From NCBI GenBank assembly GCA_963755125.1, contig CAVWIP010000008.1, positions 192,001-256,000 of the forward strand: 64,000 bases of DNA, given 5' to 3'. Shown here in pieces: positions 37,269-47,351 of the stretch (position 1 is its first letter; every line of letters begins with the position of its first letter). Position numbers and translations under genes: made by a program. The notes under the pieces are model-generated. The model was not told the origin of the DNA. It did no database searches and was given only the letters and a program-made list of their open reading frames with translations. The DNA is from an uncultured delta proteobacterium (GTDB taxonomy: Bacteria > Myxococcota_A > Polyangia > Fen-1088).

Positions 37269-39811
37269 ATGCGCGTAGTCCTTCCCGCGCTGCTCTTGCC
37301 TCTGGCGGTGGGCTGCGTGCCCATTGGTGCGAAGACCGCGCCGCCAGGGCGTGGGTCGGACAACAGCGGCTCCGCGGGTTCCGAATCAGGGTCCGCCGGG
37401 ACCGACGATATCGCTCTGTCAATCCACAATCTCATTGCCAACGCCACCTTTGCCGACGGGACCAGCCTGCCCTGGACGTCGTCCTTCACGGCGCCCGCGG
37501 CGGGCTCGGCCTCGGTGGTCGACGGCGCGCTCTGCCTGGAAGTCACCAATCGCGGCTCGAACAACTGGGACGCCCAGCTTCGCCACCGCGAGATGACCAT
37601 CCAGAAGGGCCACAAGTACAGCATCAGTTTCGTGGCCTATGCCAGCCAGCCGACCACCATCCGTCCCAAGGTGGGCATGCAAGGCCCGCCCTACGCGGAA
37701 TACTGGTTTCAAGAGATCCGCCTCGACGGAACGCCGCGAAGGTTCAAGGCCCATTTCCGTAAGTCCGGTCCCGACGATCCGACCGCCGAGTTCACCTTTC
37801 ACGTGGGCGGTTCTCTGGCGAACGAGACGCGCGGGCCGTTCCGCGTGTGCATCGACGACGTGCGCCTGGAGGATTCCGACTTCATCCGCCCGGCCGGGAA
37901 CCGGGGCGCGCCACCCGCGCCCGTGCTGGTGAATCAGGTCGGCTACTTCCCCGGGTTGGTGAAGCTGGCGACGGTGCGCACCGGGGGAACACGCCCCAGC
38001 CCTGGCGGCTGGTCGATGGCGCCGGGCGCGAGGTCAAGTCGGGACAGACCCAGGTGGCGGGATCCGACGCCTTGGCCGGCGACACGGTTCAGATTGCCGA
38101 CTTCTCTGCAGTCAATCAGCGAGGCCGCGGCTTCGCCGTCGTGGTTGGCTCCGGTCGCAGCCATCCCTTCGACATCAGCCCGACCATCTATCACAAGCTC
38201 AAGTACGACGCGCTGACCTTCTACTACCACAATCGCAGCGGCATCGAGATCGCGATGCCCTATGCGGGCGGCCCGCAGTGGACGCGGCCGGCCGGCCACC
38301 TGTCCGACAAGAGCGTGCCCTGCGCGTTCGGCTCGGGCTGCAGCTATCGTCTGGACGTATCGGGCGGCTGGTACGATGCCGGCGATCACGGAAAATACGT
38401 GGTCAACGGCGGGATCTCGGTGTGGACTCTGCTCAATCTCTACGAGCGAACCAAGCACCTCGGCACGTCGCTGACCGACTTCGGCGACGGACGCATGAAC
38501 ATTCCCGAGCAGGGCAACGGCGTTCCCGACCTCCTCGACGAGGTTCGCTGGGAGATGGAGTTCCTGCTCAAGATGCAGGTTCCCGACGGCGAACGCGCCG
38601 GGATGGTTCATCACAAGATTCACGACAAGGAATGGACCGCGCTTGGCCTCGCTCCGCACGAGGATCCCATGCCGCGCTTCCTCTATCCGCCCAGCACTGC
38701 GGCGACGCTTAATCTCGCGGCGGTGGCGGCCCAGGCGGCGCGCATCTGGCAGAGCATCGACCCGGCGTTTTCCGGGCGCTGCCTGGCGGCGGCCGAGCGG
38801 GCCTGGCAGGCGGCGCAAAGCCATCCCGCAGTCTTCGCGCCGCCCGGCGGTGTCGGGGGCGGGCCCTACGAAGACATCAAGGTCGATGATGAATTCTACT
38901 GGGCGGCTGCCGAGCTCTACATCACGACGAAGAAGCCCGAGTACAAGCAGTTTCTCGTGTCCTCGCCCTACTACCTCAAGCTGGCGCCGCGCCTGCCCTC
39001 GACCAAGGAGGGCGGCGACGTGGCCTCGCCCATGACCTGGCAGGAAACCGCGGCGCTGGGGACCATCTCGCTTGCGGTCGTGCCCAACGGGTTGGGCGAC
39101 AACGAGATTGCGACGGCGCGCAAGGCGGTGACCAAGGCCGCGGATGTGTACATGCAGATCCTGCAAAAGCGCGGCTACCGGGTGCCCATCGACTATGGCA
39201 AAGCCAACAAGGCGCCCTGGGGCTCGAACTCATTCCTGTTAAACAACCTGGTGGTTCTAGCACTGGCGTATGACTTCAACGGCGGGCAGCGCTACCTGAA
39301 CGCGGTGGCGGCCGGCATGGACTACATTCTGGGCCGCAACCCCATGGATCAGTGCTACGTGACCGGCTACGGCGCCCGGCCTCTGCGCAACCCCCACCAT
39401 CGCTTCTGGTCGCACCAGTCCAACGACAAGTTCCCGTCGGCGCCGCCCGGCGTGGTTTCCGGCGGCCCCAACTCGGGTCTCGAGGATCCCTACGTGAAGG
39501 CGGCGGCGCTGGCCGGTTGTCCGCCCGAGAAGTGCTTTGCCGACAACATCGAATCCTGGGCCACCAACGAGATCACCATCAACTGGAACGCCCCTTTCGC
39601 GTGGGTGCTGGCCTACCTGGACGAGAAGGGCTCCGGTCCGCCCAAGGGCAAGCGGGCAGCGGCAGCGCCGACAACCGGCGAGGCGACAAGCGCACCCGCG
39701 CCCCAGGCTGAACCGACGCCCAAGGCGGACGCGACAAAGAAGACCAAGGCAAAACGCGCGACCAAGGCCAAGGCACGGCACAAGAAATCTGACACTGCCG
39801 CCACCAACTAG
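37269..39811 (+). pseudogene. Lipoprotein CBM4/9-Ig-GH9 cellulase split by one frameshift at the G5 run 37983-37987 (pseudogene or sequencing error)
   Basis: Frame 1: lipobox LAVG-C, CBM4-like domain, VLVNQVGYFP; second frame continues NTPQPWRLVD.., GGWYDAGDHGKY, NPHHR, WATNEITINWNAP. Confidence 0.88.
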
Positions 39812-39903
39812 CAGGAATAGCCAAGTCGGATAAGTATTTCGCACTTTGAGAAGCTCCCGAGTTATAAGTTCGGGAAAAGGCAGTCATTCTGCACGGGGAG
39901 CCC

Positions 39904-41322
39904 ATGATCGCGCAGAGAACAGTCCGCCCCTGGTTCAATCGACACCTCTTCCTGGGAGCCGCCGCGTGGCTGCTCTTTACCCTGCCGGCCGGAACGGTCG
40001 CCGCGGCTGGCGTGAACCAGGATGCGGTGGCAAAGGTAGTACGCCTCAACAAGGAGGCCAGACAGTTCTACGACGCCATGGAATTCACGCTCGCCGAGAA
40101 GAGCCTGAAGAAGGCCTTGGAAATCGGTGAGGCCGCTTCCCTCGGGGATCACGTCGTGATGGCGGGAACCCACGGAAATCTGGGCGTGCTCTACGCCACC
40201 GGCATCAAGAACGAGGACCAGGCTCTCTTCCATTTCAAGAAGGCGCTGGAGTTGCGACCCGAGTACGTGCCAAGCAAGGAGATGAGCTCTCCCGAGGTGA
40301 AAGATCTCTTCCAGCGGGCGCGTTCCGAGATGGAAACTTCAGCAACGCCCTCGGTCCCCGACACCACCGGGCCGGCCGTGGCCTCACAGGGCCAGCTTCG
40401 TTGTCCGGCCGCGGAGGTGGCCAGGGCGGGCTCGTCACTGAAGCTGCGCTGCGTGGCCGACGGGCCGCTCACGGCCGCCGAGGTGATGGTCTACTTCCGC
40501 GCAGGGCGCGGTTCTGCATTCAAATCGCGCAAGATGTCGGCCGAATCGACCCTGGACGGAAGCTTGAGCTGGGCCACACAGCTTCCCCCCGAAGCAACCT
40601 CGGCTGATCAGCTCTTCCTCTACTTCGAGGCGCTCGACCGGCAGGGTGAAGTCGTCAGTTCGGTGGGGAGCACGGACAGCCCCACCGTGGTCGGCATCCG
40701 CAGCAGCGGGACTGTGGCAGCAAGCTCAGGTGGCGGATCGGAGACCGACGTCGGCGGCGAAGGCGAGTCAACTCGTGAGGAGTCCGGCTTCTGGTGGCTC
40801 GGCCTCGGCTTGGGTTCGGGGTACGGCTATGCCGGAAAGTCCGGGCCCGAGGGCTGGGGCAAACACGTACAAGATTACGTTCCTGGTCGGGCGCCGGCGC
40901 CCCTGGGCCAGGTCACGCCCGAGGTCGGCTACTTTCTGACACCGAGCCTGTCCCTGTCCGTGCAGGGACGACTGCAATATCTTCCCCGGACCAGTTCCCG
41001 CACTGCCGACGGGGCCATCGCGTTTTTGGCGCGGTTGCTGTATTTCACCAGTGGCGAAACCGTGCGTTTCTACGGCGGCGCGGTTCTGGGCGGCGGCAAC
41101 GGCTTCCGCCTCCAGGTCTCGGGCCTGCACACAGACGAAACCGGAAACAACACGGTCAGCGACACGGTCAGAGGCGGCCCGGTGGTATTCGGCGTCGGTG
41201 GCGGACTGTCGGTCAGCCTGAGCGATAGCTGGAGTTGGATCCTCGAAACCAACATCCTGGGAGGGGCTCCTGACTTTTCGATGGTCGTCGACTTGAACAC
41301 GGGCGTGCGCTACCGACTGTAG
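39904..41322 (+). CDS. Exported TPR protein with C-terminal beta-barrel-like domain
   Basis: Signal peptide, TPR (NLGVLY..ALFHFKKALEL.P), Ig-like middle domain, C-terminal strands ending NTGVRYRL. Confidence 0.65.
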   Translation: MIAQRTVRPWFNRHLFLGAAAWLLFTLPAGTVAAAGVNQDAVAKVVRLNKEARQFYDAMEFTLAEKSLKKALEIGEAASLGDHVVMAGTHGNLGVLYATGIKNEDQALFHFKKALELRPEYVPSKEMSSPEVKDLFQRARSEMETSATPSVPDTTGPAVASQGQLRCPAAEVARAGSSLKLRCVADGPLTAAEVMVYFRAGRGSAFKSRKMSAESTLDGSLSWATQLPPEATSADQLFLYFEALDRQGEVVSSVGSTDSPTVVGIRSSGTVAASSGGGSETDVGGEGESTREESGFWWLGLGLGSGYGYAGKSGPEGWGKHVQDYVPGRAPAPLGQVTPEVGYFLTPSLSLSVQGRLQYLPRTSSRTADGAIAFLARLLYFTSGETVRFYGGAVLGGGNGFRLQVSGLHTDETGNNTVSDTVRGGPVVFGVGGGLSVSLSDSWSWILETNILGGAPDFSMVVDLNTGVRYRL

Positions 41323-41359
41323 CAATCCCGCAACTCATCCCTTGATCGGTCGATGTGCT

Positions 41360-42688
41360 CTACGCGTCGGCGGGTTTCGGTTCGGGCGGCGCTTTCTCGT
41401 GCCCGTCATTCATGCTGTGAACGAAGGGAGCGAACCACGCGGCCAACAGGCCCGGAATCGCGCAGAAGAGCACGACAGTGAAGAAGGTCGGATAGCCGAG
41501 CGCATCCGCGAGCTTGCCACTGAAGAATCCAGCGGAGAAATTGCAGAGACCCATGGTCCCGGTGGCGAAGGCGTAGTGCGCGGTCTGATACTGACCCGGC
41601 GAGATCTGCTTCATCATGTAGTACATGTGCGCGACGGCGCCGAAACCGTAAGTGAACATGGCCACGCAATAAACGGCGGCGATGAGCAAGGTATCGCTCG
41701 CATCGGGCTGCGACCTGGCGAGGAACATGAAGGCCACGTTCGGGATGACCAGGCTGCCCACGAAGAACATGAGGGTCTTGCGCGAGAGGCCGACCCTGGC
41801 CAGCACCAAGCCGCCCACCACGCTGGCCGCCAGGAACGACGCCGAGCCCCAGACGCCGCTGATCTTGCCGGCGGCTTGGTTGGTCAGGCCCAGGCCGCCT
41901 TCGGCGCGATCGGCGATGAGGAAGATGTTGTTGACCTTCTCGATCAGGTACCAGCTGAAGCGATAGAAGAAGGCCAGGGCCAGCATGCGCCAGATGAGCT
42001 TCTTCTGGAAGAAGGTCTTGTAGGCGTGAGCGAAGCCGGCCATCGCTTCAGCCATGTTCTTGGGCGCGTCCTTGGCCTTGGCGCCGGGGGGCATGAAGGT
42101 GGCGTGCCACGCGGCCAGGCCGCCGAGAATGGCTGCGGCGGCGAGGAAGACGTACATCCAGGCGATCTGCCAGGTGTAGCCGTAATCGTCGTGTAGCTTG
42201 CCGGCGACCCAGACCAGGGCGCCGAGCGCGATGAGCTGGCCGCCGGTCCAGGCCATGCTCTGGATGCCGGCCCAGCGCGCCTTCTGCTTGTCGTCGAGCG
42301 TGGTGACGTACACACCGTCGGTGCCGATGTCGATGGTGGCACCCACGAAGGCGCAGACCATCATGGCCCCGAAGGTGATGGCCAACCACACCGGCAGCTT
42401 CAACGCCAGGCCCGCCAGCGCCATCAAGACCGCGGCGCAGAGTTGCATCAGCACGACGAAGAACTTCTTGGTCTTGTAGAGCTCGAGCAGCGGTGCCCAC
42501 AGAAACTTGAAGGTGTAGGGCAACATGAGAATCGCCGCGAGCATCGTGATCGTGCTCTTCTCGACCCCCAGGTTCTTGAAGACGAAGGTCGTGCTGAGCG
42601 TGAGCGCGCACAACACGAATCCCATCGCCAGGTACGACGACGGAACCCACAAAACCGCCGGTGCGGCCTTCTTGGTCGTGTTTTCCAT
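41360..42688 (-). CDS. MFS transporter, AmpG family
   Basis: LPYTFKFLWAPLLE, ATIDIGTDGVY, FFYR, TAHYA..TG; ~12 TM. Confidence 0.85.
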   Translation of the reverse strand: MENTTKKAAPAVLWVPSSYLAMGFVLCALTLSTTFVFKNLGVEKSTITMLAAILMLPYTFKFLWAPLLELYKTKKFFVVLMQLCAAVLMALAGLALKLPVWLAITFGAMMVCAFVGATIDIGTDGVYVTTLDDKQKARWAGIQSMAWTGGQLIALGALVWVAGKLHDDYGYTWQIAWMYVFLAAAAILGGLAAWHATFMPPGAKAKDAPKNMAEAMAGFAHAYKTFFQKKLIWRMLALAFFYRFSWYLIEKVNNIFLIADRAEGGLGLTNQAAGKISGVWGSASFLAASVVGGLVLARVGLSRKTLMFFVGSLVIPNVAFMFLARSQPDASDTLLIAAVYCVAMFTYGFGAVAHMYYMMKQISPGQYQTAHYAFATGTMGLCNFSAGFFSGKLADALGYPTFFTVVLFCAIPGLLAAWFAPFVHSMNDGHEKAPPEPKPADA

Positions 42689-42740
42689 AGCCGGAGGCAA
42701 TACCATGAATCAGAGGACGGGAATAGGGGCGCGAGCAGAC

Positions 42741-42808
42741 GGGAGCGGTTCAGGTGTGGGTGGCGGTGACGGTGGCCGGGGCTGGTGCGGTGACAGAGGC
42801 TGTGGCGG
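42741..42808 (+). repeat. Left arm of a 68-bp inverted repeat
   Basis: 62/68 identical to the reverse complement of 47893-47960. Confidence 0.9.
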
Positions 42809-43095
42809 GTTCGGGCCTTGCCGGCCTGGGCCGAGGCGGAGTCAGGGATGGGTCAGGCGCCGCCGGACAAGGTTCCCATACCCGGAATCGCTGCTGCCCT
42901 CAGGGGATTAGACAGCAAACCGAAACAGCGCATTTCGCGCAGGCAACTGGTCCGCAATGGGCAACACCTTGACATTGCTTGAGGTGACCGATGGGAAGTC
43001 GGCTCGGTGCCGTGACGTCTGCCGCCCGCCCGCGCTTGCGAAAAACGCCGTGGGGCGCCAAGCTGCGTCCGAAGACAGAGTTGGGCGGACGAAAC

Positions 43096-43554
43096 ATGAG
43101 CCGTGAATCTCTATCATCAATGTTTACGTTCGTGTACAAGTGCATCTTTGCGCCAGTTTGGATTCTTGGGTTCAGTGCTGGGACGATCGCGATGCTGGTC
43201 TCATCTGGGCGGAGAGAAGATAGGCCCGTCCGCGCCTTCATCGCCGCGACCATCCTCGGGGGCGTTTTCGTGTGCTGGTTTTGCATCCGCCTAAAGCGAG
43301 TCGAACCCGATGGCCAGACGTTGTTTGTATCGAACTACCTTCGCGAGGTCGCAATTCGATTGCGCGACATCGCAAAGATCTCAGAGAATCGCTGGATCAA
43401 TCTCCACCCAATCACGGTGACATTTACTATGGAAACTGCATTTGGTCGGAGAATAACTTTCATGCCGCGAACGAGGTGGTTCGGGTTCCTGAGTTCTCAC
43501 CCCGTCGTGGAAAAGCTTCGGTTCGCTTCAGAACGGGCCAGCAGACAAGTCTAG
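43096..43554 (+). CDS. Hypothetical membrane protein (cassette gene)
   Basis: Two TM helices plus small soluble domain; starts 16 nt after GTTGGGC and ends just before GCCCAAC; lower GC. Confidence 0.7.
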   Translation: MSRESLSSMFTFVYKCIFAPVWILGFSAGTIAMLVSSGRREDRPVRAFIAATILGGVFVCWFCIRLKRVEPDGQTLFVSNYLREVAIRLRDIAKISENRWINLHPITVTFTMETAFGRRITFMPRTRWFGFLSSHPVVEKLRFASERASRQV

Positions 43555-43562
43555 ATCAGGCC

Positions 43563-43650
43563 GCCCAACAAGCAGTTGCAGCGGATGTGGTCGCCGCAGG
43601 GACATCGGCGTAGAATCGTACAACCAGCTTGGCGGCGCCCACACCGCTGA
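43563..43650 (+). other. attC-like site 1 (right end missing)
   Basis: GCCCAAC-AAG-CAGTTGCAGCGGATGTGGTCGCCGC...GCGGCGCCCACACCGCTGA hairpin; CCGCCCAAC is the exact complement of GTTGGGCGG at 43080. Confidence 0.75.
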
Positions 43651-43672
43651 GTGAATTCTTTCCGATAACCCG

Positions 43673-44287
43673 TCAGAGGCGCCGCGGTTGGAGCACCAAG
43701 TCGGCCGCTTCCTCAGCATCTTTGAGGAGCGTCTTGCGCGGCGTGCCTATACGCGCACGCATGGTCAGGCCACGAGCAAAATCCGTGACTTGGATCGCGC
43801 GCACTGCTACCGGAAAGTCAGGCGGGATGTCTCCCGCCAAGATCCCGTCCCGGAAACGGCGCTCCACCAGCGCCGCTGCACCCGCGACCGCGCCCTGCAG
43901 GAACCGCCGGACCTCAGCGTCGTTCACAAGCGGCGCGACGCACTCCAAAAGGCAGCCCAAGGCGGACCCTTTCTCGGTCGCACTTTCGACGGTGTACCTC
44001 AGAAAGCCCGCGATCGAGTCGCGAAGACTCTGTGGCGAGAGGAGTGCCTTCGCGGCCGATGCGCCCTTCCGTTCTGCGTACGCCCTAAGGACGCGCAAGA
44101 ATATCGCCCGCTTGTCCCCAAAGACGGCATACAGGCTCGGCCGTCCCACACCCATCCCGGCGACGAGATCGTCGATCGTCACTCCGTCATAGCCCTTCGA
44201 CCAGAACACCTGGGTCGCCTTTTCCAGCGCTTCCAGCTCGTCGAAGCTGCGCGGTCGTCCACGCGGTCTAGTGGTCTTTTGAATCAT
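43673..44287 (-). CDS. TetR/AcrR family regulator
   Basis: RGRPRSFD..FWSKGYDGVTIDDL..MGVGRPSLYAVFGDK; GCL motif. Confidence 0.93.
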   Translation of the reverse strand: MIQKTTRPRGRPRSFDELEALEKATQVFWSKGYDGVTIDDLVAGMGVGRPSLYAVFGDKRAIFLRVLRAYAERKGASAAKALLSPQSLRDSIAGFLRYTVESATEKGSALGCLLECVAPLVNDAEVRRFLQGAVAGAAALVERRFRDGILAGDIPPDFPVAVRAIQVTDFARGLTMRARIGTPRKTLLKDAEEAADLVLQPRRL

Positions 44288-44302
44288 TTAGTTCAAAACT
44301 CC

Positions 44303-44348
44303 TTGCACCTGACCCTCCGCCCCATTATTGTAACAAGCGGTTCTAAAT
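44303..44348 (+). promoter_or_regulatory. Sigma70 promoter overlapping a probable TetR operator
   Basis: TTGCAC-N17-TATTGT overlapped by the imperfect palindrome ATTGTAACAAGCGGTTCTAAAT between divergent tetR and SDR. Confidence 0.55.
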
Positions 44349-44384
44349 TGCCAAGGCGACGCTGTCGTCGCGAGGAAACCATCC

Positions 44385-45344
44385 ATGGGACATTCGATCG
44401 CTCTCGTCACCGGCACCACCTCCGGGCTCGGCTATGCGGCAGCCAGCATGCTCGCTGCCGAGGGCTGCCGCCAGGTCATCGTCACCGGCCGCAGCCTGGC
44501 CCGGGTCCAGGAAACGGCCGCTCAGCTCGCGGCTGAGACCAAGACCCAGGTCTTCACGCCGCTGGAGCTGGATCTGAACGCACCGACCAGCGTTCAGTCC
44601 GCGCTCGCCGAGCTCCTCAAGCAAGGTCGGCCGATCGATTTCCTATTGCTCAATGCAGGGATGGTCCCAGGTAGAAAGCGCGTGATCACTGCGGCGGGCG
44701 TCGAGGCTTCTCAGGCCCCGCTCATCGGTCATCATCAACTGACTGTCGGGTTGCTCCGCGCCAACCTGCTGAGCCCCAACGCGCGGATTGTGATCGCCGG
44801 CGCGGAACCTGCCCGAGGAGGCGTACCCATGTTCAGCCACACCGACGTGCCAGCCTTCGCGGCCAAACACCACCAGGGTGACCGAACCGCCGCTGTGGAA
44901 GCCCTGATCCGCAACGGGCCGAACGTGAAGTACGTGCCCAACAATACGTATGCCGACGCGAAGCTCATTATTGCTTGGTGGGTCGCGGCGCTGGCGCGCC
45001 GGCTACCCTCCGGCATGGCCGTGTACGCTGTCTCGCCCGGTGGGGCGACCGCCACCAAGGTGGTGCGAAACGCTGGCCCGGCCTTGAGGTATCTGTTTAT
45101 CCCAATCATAAACCTCATTCCCGGCATGAATCAGACGCCGGAGACTGCGGCCCGTCGGTACCTCCAGGCGTCGGAGTTCGGAACCGAAGTCTCAGGGCAA
45201 TTCTTCGCCTCGGCACAAGGCAAGTTCTCAGGCCCAATTGAGGCGCAGCGCCACCCACACCTCCACGATCGCGCCAGCCAGGAAGCCGCGTGGCAGGCCG
45301 TCGTCAAGGTCTCCGGCGTCGACTTGTCTTCCGCAGCAACTTGA
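44385..45344 (+). CDS. Short-chain dehydrogenase/reductase
   Basis: TGTTSGLG, LDL, NAG, YADAK (YxxxK), VSPG. Confidence 0.92.
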   Translation: MGHSIALVTGTTSGLGYAAASMLAAEGCRQVIVTGRSLARVQETAAQLAAETKTQVFTPLELDLNAPTSVQSALAELLKQGRPIDFLLLNAGMVPGRKRVITAAGVEASQAPLIGHHQLTVGLLRANLLSPNARIVIAGAEPARGGVPMFSHTDVPAFAAKHHQGDRTAAVEALIRNGPNVKYVPNNTYADAKLIIAWWVAALARRLPSGMAVYAVSPGGATATKVVRNAGPALRYLFIPIINLIPGMNQTPETAARRYLQASEFGTEVSGQFFASAQGKFSGPIEAQRHPHLHDRASQEAAWQAVVKVSGVDLSSAAT

Positions 45345-45427
45345 GAGCGGTGTCCTGAAGGAAGAGCCCGATCGCGGCTGAACTGACCCCTGTAAGCGTC
45401 TACAGCGGCATGGAGAGCGGAGGCGCA

Positions 45428-45819
45428 ACGAACTCAAGTTATCGAAACTGCGCACCCAGCGAGCCGCGGCTTTGCGCCAGGCTGTGACCACCGGGAGCGT
45501 GGAAGGATGGACTGGGACTCTCAGCCATTTTCAACCACCGGTGAAGGCAAAGCTGTGCTGGGCATCAAGTTGCCGTGTGGTGCAGAGTTCAAGACTTGGA
45601 ACAACGCTTTCTCGGACATCATCGACGCCGCGCTGATATCGCAAGGATCGTCTCTTTACGAGAGTTTCTCCGAACTGAAAAAGGGTGACCGCGTTCGATT
45701 CTCCGGACGGCTCTTCTCCGGACCAAAAAAATGGCTACAGGGAGAGCCGTCTGCCCGAAGCTGGAAGCACGAAAGATCCCGAGTTCATCCTGAAATTCTC
45801 CTCGGTCAACAGGACTTAG
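45428..45819 (+). pseudogene. Truncated, doubly frameshifted cassette gene (hypothetical)
   Basis: NELKLSKLR..VEGWTGTLSH / STTGEGKAVL..KTWNNAFSDI..KKGDRVRFSG / YRESRL..DPEFILKFSSVNRT* joins across shifts at a T4 (~45528) and an A7 (45725-45731); ends before attC 2. Confidence 0.6.
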
Positions 45820-45853
45820 AGCACTCAAGTTCAGCATCTCTTGAGAGGCCGCC

Positions 45854-45921
45854 GCCCAACAAGGGTGTAACATCGAGGGACCGCCTCGGCGGCCTCACCG
45901 CTGAACGGCAAGGAGTTCCGC
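45854..45921 (+). other. attC-like site 2 (degenerate)
   Basis: GCCCAACAAG...GAGG.ACCGCC-TC-GGCGG.CCTC..CCGCTGAACGGCAAGGA-GTTCCGC. Confidence 0.6.
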
Positions 45922-45934
45922 ACGGAGTTCATCA

Positions 45935-47284
45935 ATGCCACTGCCTGATCCACCACCCGTTAGACCGAATCTCGATGTGCTTGTGGAGACTGCCCTCGCG
46001 ACTGGCGGTGAGACTGACCGTTTCGACTTCAAGGAGCTGCTCGATCTCAGCTCGGACGAACACAAGGTCAGGCTTGTCAAAGCTATCGGTGCCTTCGGAA
46101 ACACCAACGACGGCGGATTCGTATTGTTGGGGATTTCCGATGATCGACGTGTTGTTGGCCTGCCGGACCCGATTGCTGACGCGTACGACCAGACTCGTGT
46201 TCACGCAATCGCCACGCAATATCTCTCTCCCCCACCGAGATTCCAGGTTCGTCAACACCGGTATCACGAGAAAAGGATCGTTGCAATCGAGGTCTCATCC
46301 TTCGAGGAGGTTCCCTCCGTGGTCCGGCAGTCAGCCACCTTCGGCAAAGAGAAGCTGGTCGCGGGCTCGTTTCTCTTTCGGAGCAAGGCCGCCAAATCAG
46401 GCGTCCTGGAGGCTGAGGGGGATGTGCGAGCGCTCTGCGAAACCCTTGTGAAGAGGCGCGCCTCAGCTTTCCTGGACTTGGTCCAGCGCGGTTCGATCGG
46501 CACTCAAATCGTGTCGGCCTCAGCCCAGTTCACCAGTGAGAGCGAGCTTCGCAATAGAGTCGATCGAATCTGGCCAACGTCGGCGCCGGGAAAACCGTCG
46601 GTCGAGGTTGGCTTTGCCCCGGTCAGAGAGCTTCAACTCACCCCGGAGCAGATGAGAAAACTGATTCCCGGTGCGTGCATTCCTGTCCAACACGGTTTTC
46701 CATTTCACCAGGTCGGCGACAAGTACGTCGAGAAACCGGTTGGCTGGGGATGGTACGGGCGAATCCCAATGGCCGAGGTAGATGCGGAATCGCCCGAGCC
46801 GTCGTATGTCTGGATGCTTTCACGGGCCGGCGCATTCCTCTACCGAGAACATTTGTGGGAGGACTCGCCAGGATCCGTCATCCCCGGCGGTGTTGGCCTC
46901 TACCATCTGCTCGGCAACGTGATCCTCAACCTTCGCTTCCTTCGTTCGGTAGCGTCGGCCCTGGCTCTACAGCAGAACGCGCTCTATCGGGTCTTCGTTG
47001 CGGCGAACAACATACGTGGGAGGTACCTTCAGGACGAGAATAGGTATTGGCATGCCTCGTTTGGGCAGACGGCGACCGAGCACGTCGTGTCGGCGAGAAT
47101 CGACGTTGAACTCTCTGCGGTTCTCAACGATCCACGGGAAATTGCGGTCAAACTAATGGATGAGATGGCCTGGCAATTCGGTCGCCACGACCTGAAACGC
47201 CAGAACATAGAGGAAGCCGCAAATCGAGCTCCGGACCAGCTCGGTGGAGAGTATAGGCTTGAACGTGGAGGAGCCGGCGGATAA
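45935..47284 (+). CDS. Schlafen/AlbA_2 N-terminal domain protein
   Basis: ETDRFDFKE..LVKAIGAFGNT.DGGFVLLGISDD..VVG; stop codon TAA lies within the next attC core. Confidence 0.8.
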   Translation: MPLPDPPPVRPNLDVLVETALATGGETDRFDFKELLDLSSDEHKVRLVKAIGAFGNTNDGGFVLLGISDDRRVVGLPDPIADAYDQTRVHAIATQYLSPPPRFQVRQHRYHEKRIVAIEVSSFEEVPSVVRQSATFGKEKLVAGSFLFRSKAAKSGVLEAEGDVRALCETLVKRRASAFLDLVQRGSIGTQIVSASAQFTSESELRNRVDRIWPTSAPGKPSVEVGFAPVRELQLTPEQMRKLIPGACIPVQHGFPFHQVGDKYVEKPVGWGWYGRIPMAEVDAESPEPSYVWMLSRAGAFLYREHLWEDSPGSVIPGGVGLYHLLGNVILNLRFLRSVASALALQQNALYRVFVAANNIRGRYLQDENRYWHASFGQTATEHVVSARIDVELSAVLNDPREIAVKLMDEMAWQFGRHDLKRQNIEEAANRAPDQLGGEYRLERGGAGG

Positions 47285-47340
47285 CCGCGCATTGCAGCGA
47301 ACGGCGCTTGCGCGCCGCCGCTGAACGCCATAGCGTGCGG
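47279..47340 (+). other. attC-like site 3
   Basis: GGATAAC-CGCGCATTGCAGCGAACGGCGC-TTGC-GCGCCGCCGCTGAACGCCATAGC-GTGCGG; clear L-box hairpin, damaged R' core. Confidence 0.72.
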
Positions 47341-47351
47341 ACCGGGACTCA

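Noticed and set aside
42969..42997. TTGACA as a cassette (Pc-like) promoter
   Set aside because: No credible -10 element at 16-18 bp spacing
42810..43080. Integrase remnant or attI upstream of the first cassette
   Set aside because: No tyrosine-recombinase motifs seen in the ORFs covering it; only the GTTGGGC core is supportable
45507..46451. 314-aa ORF in the supplied track
   Set aside because: Chimera of a pseudogene segment and off-frame read-through over attC2 and the AlbA_2 gene
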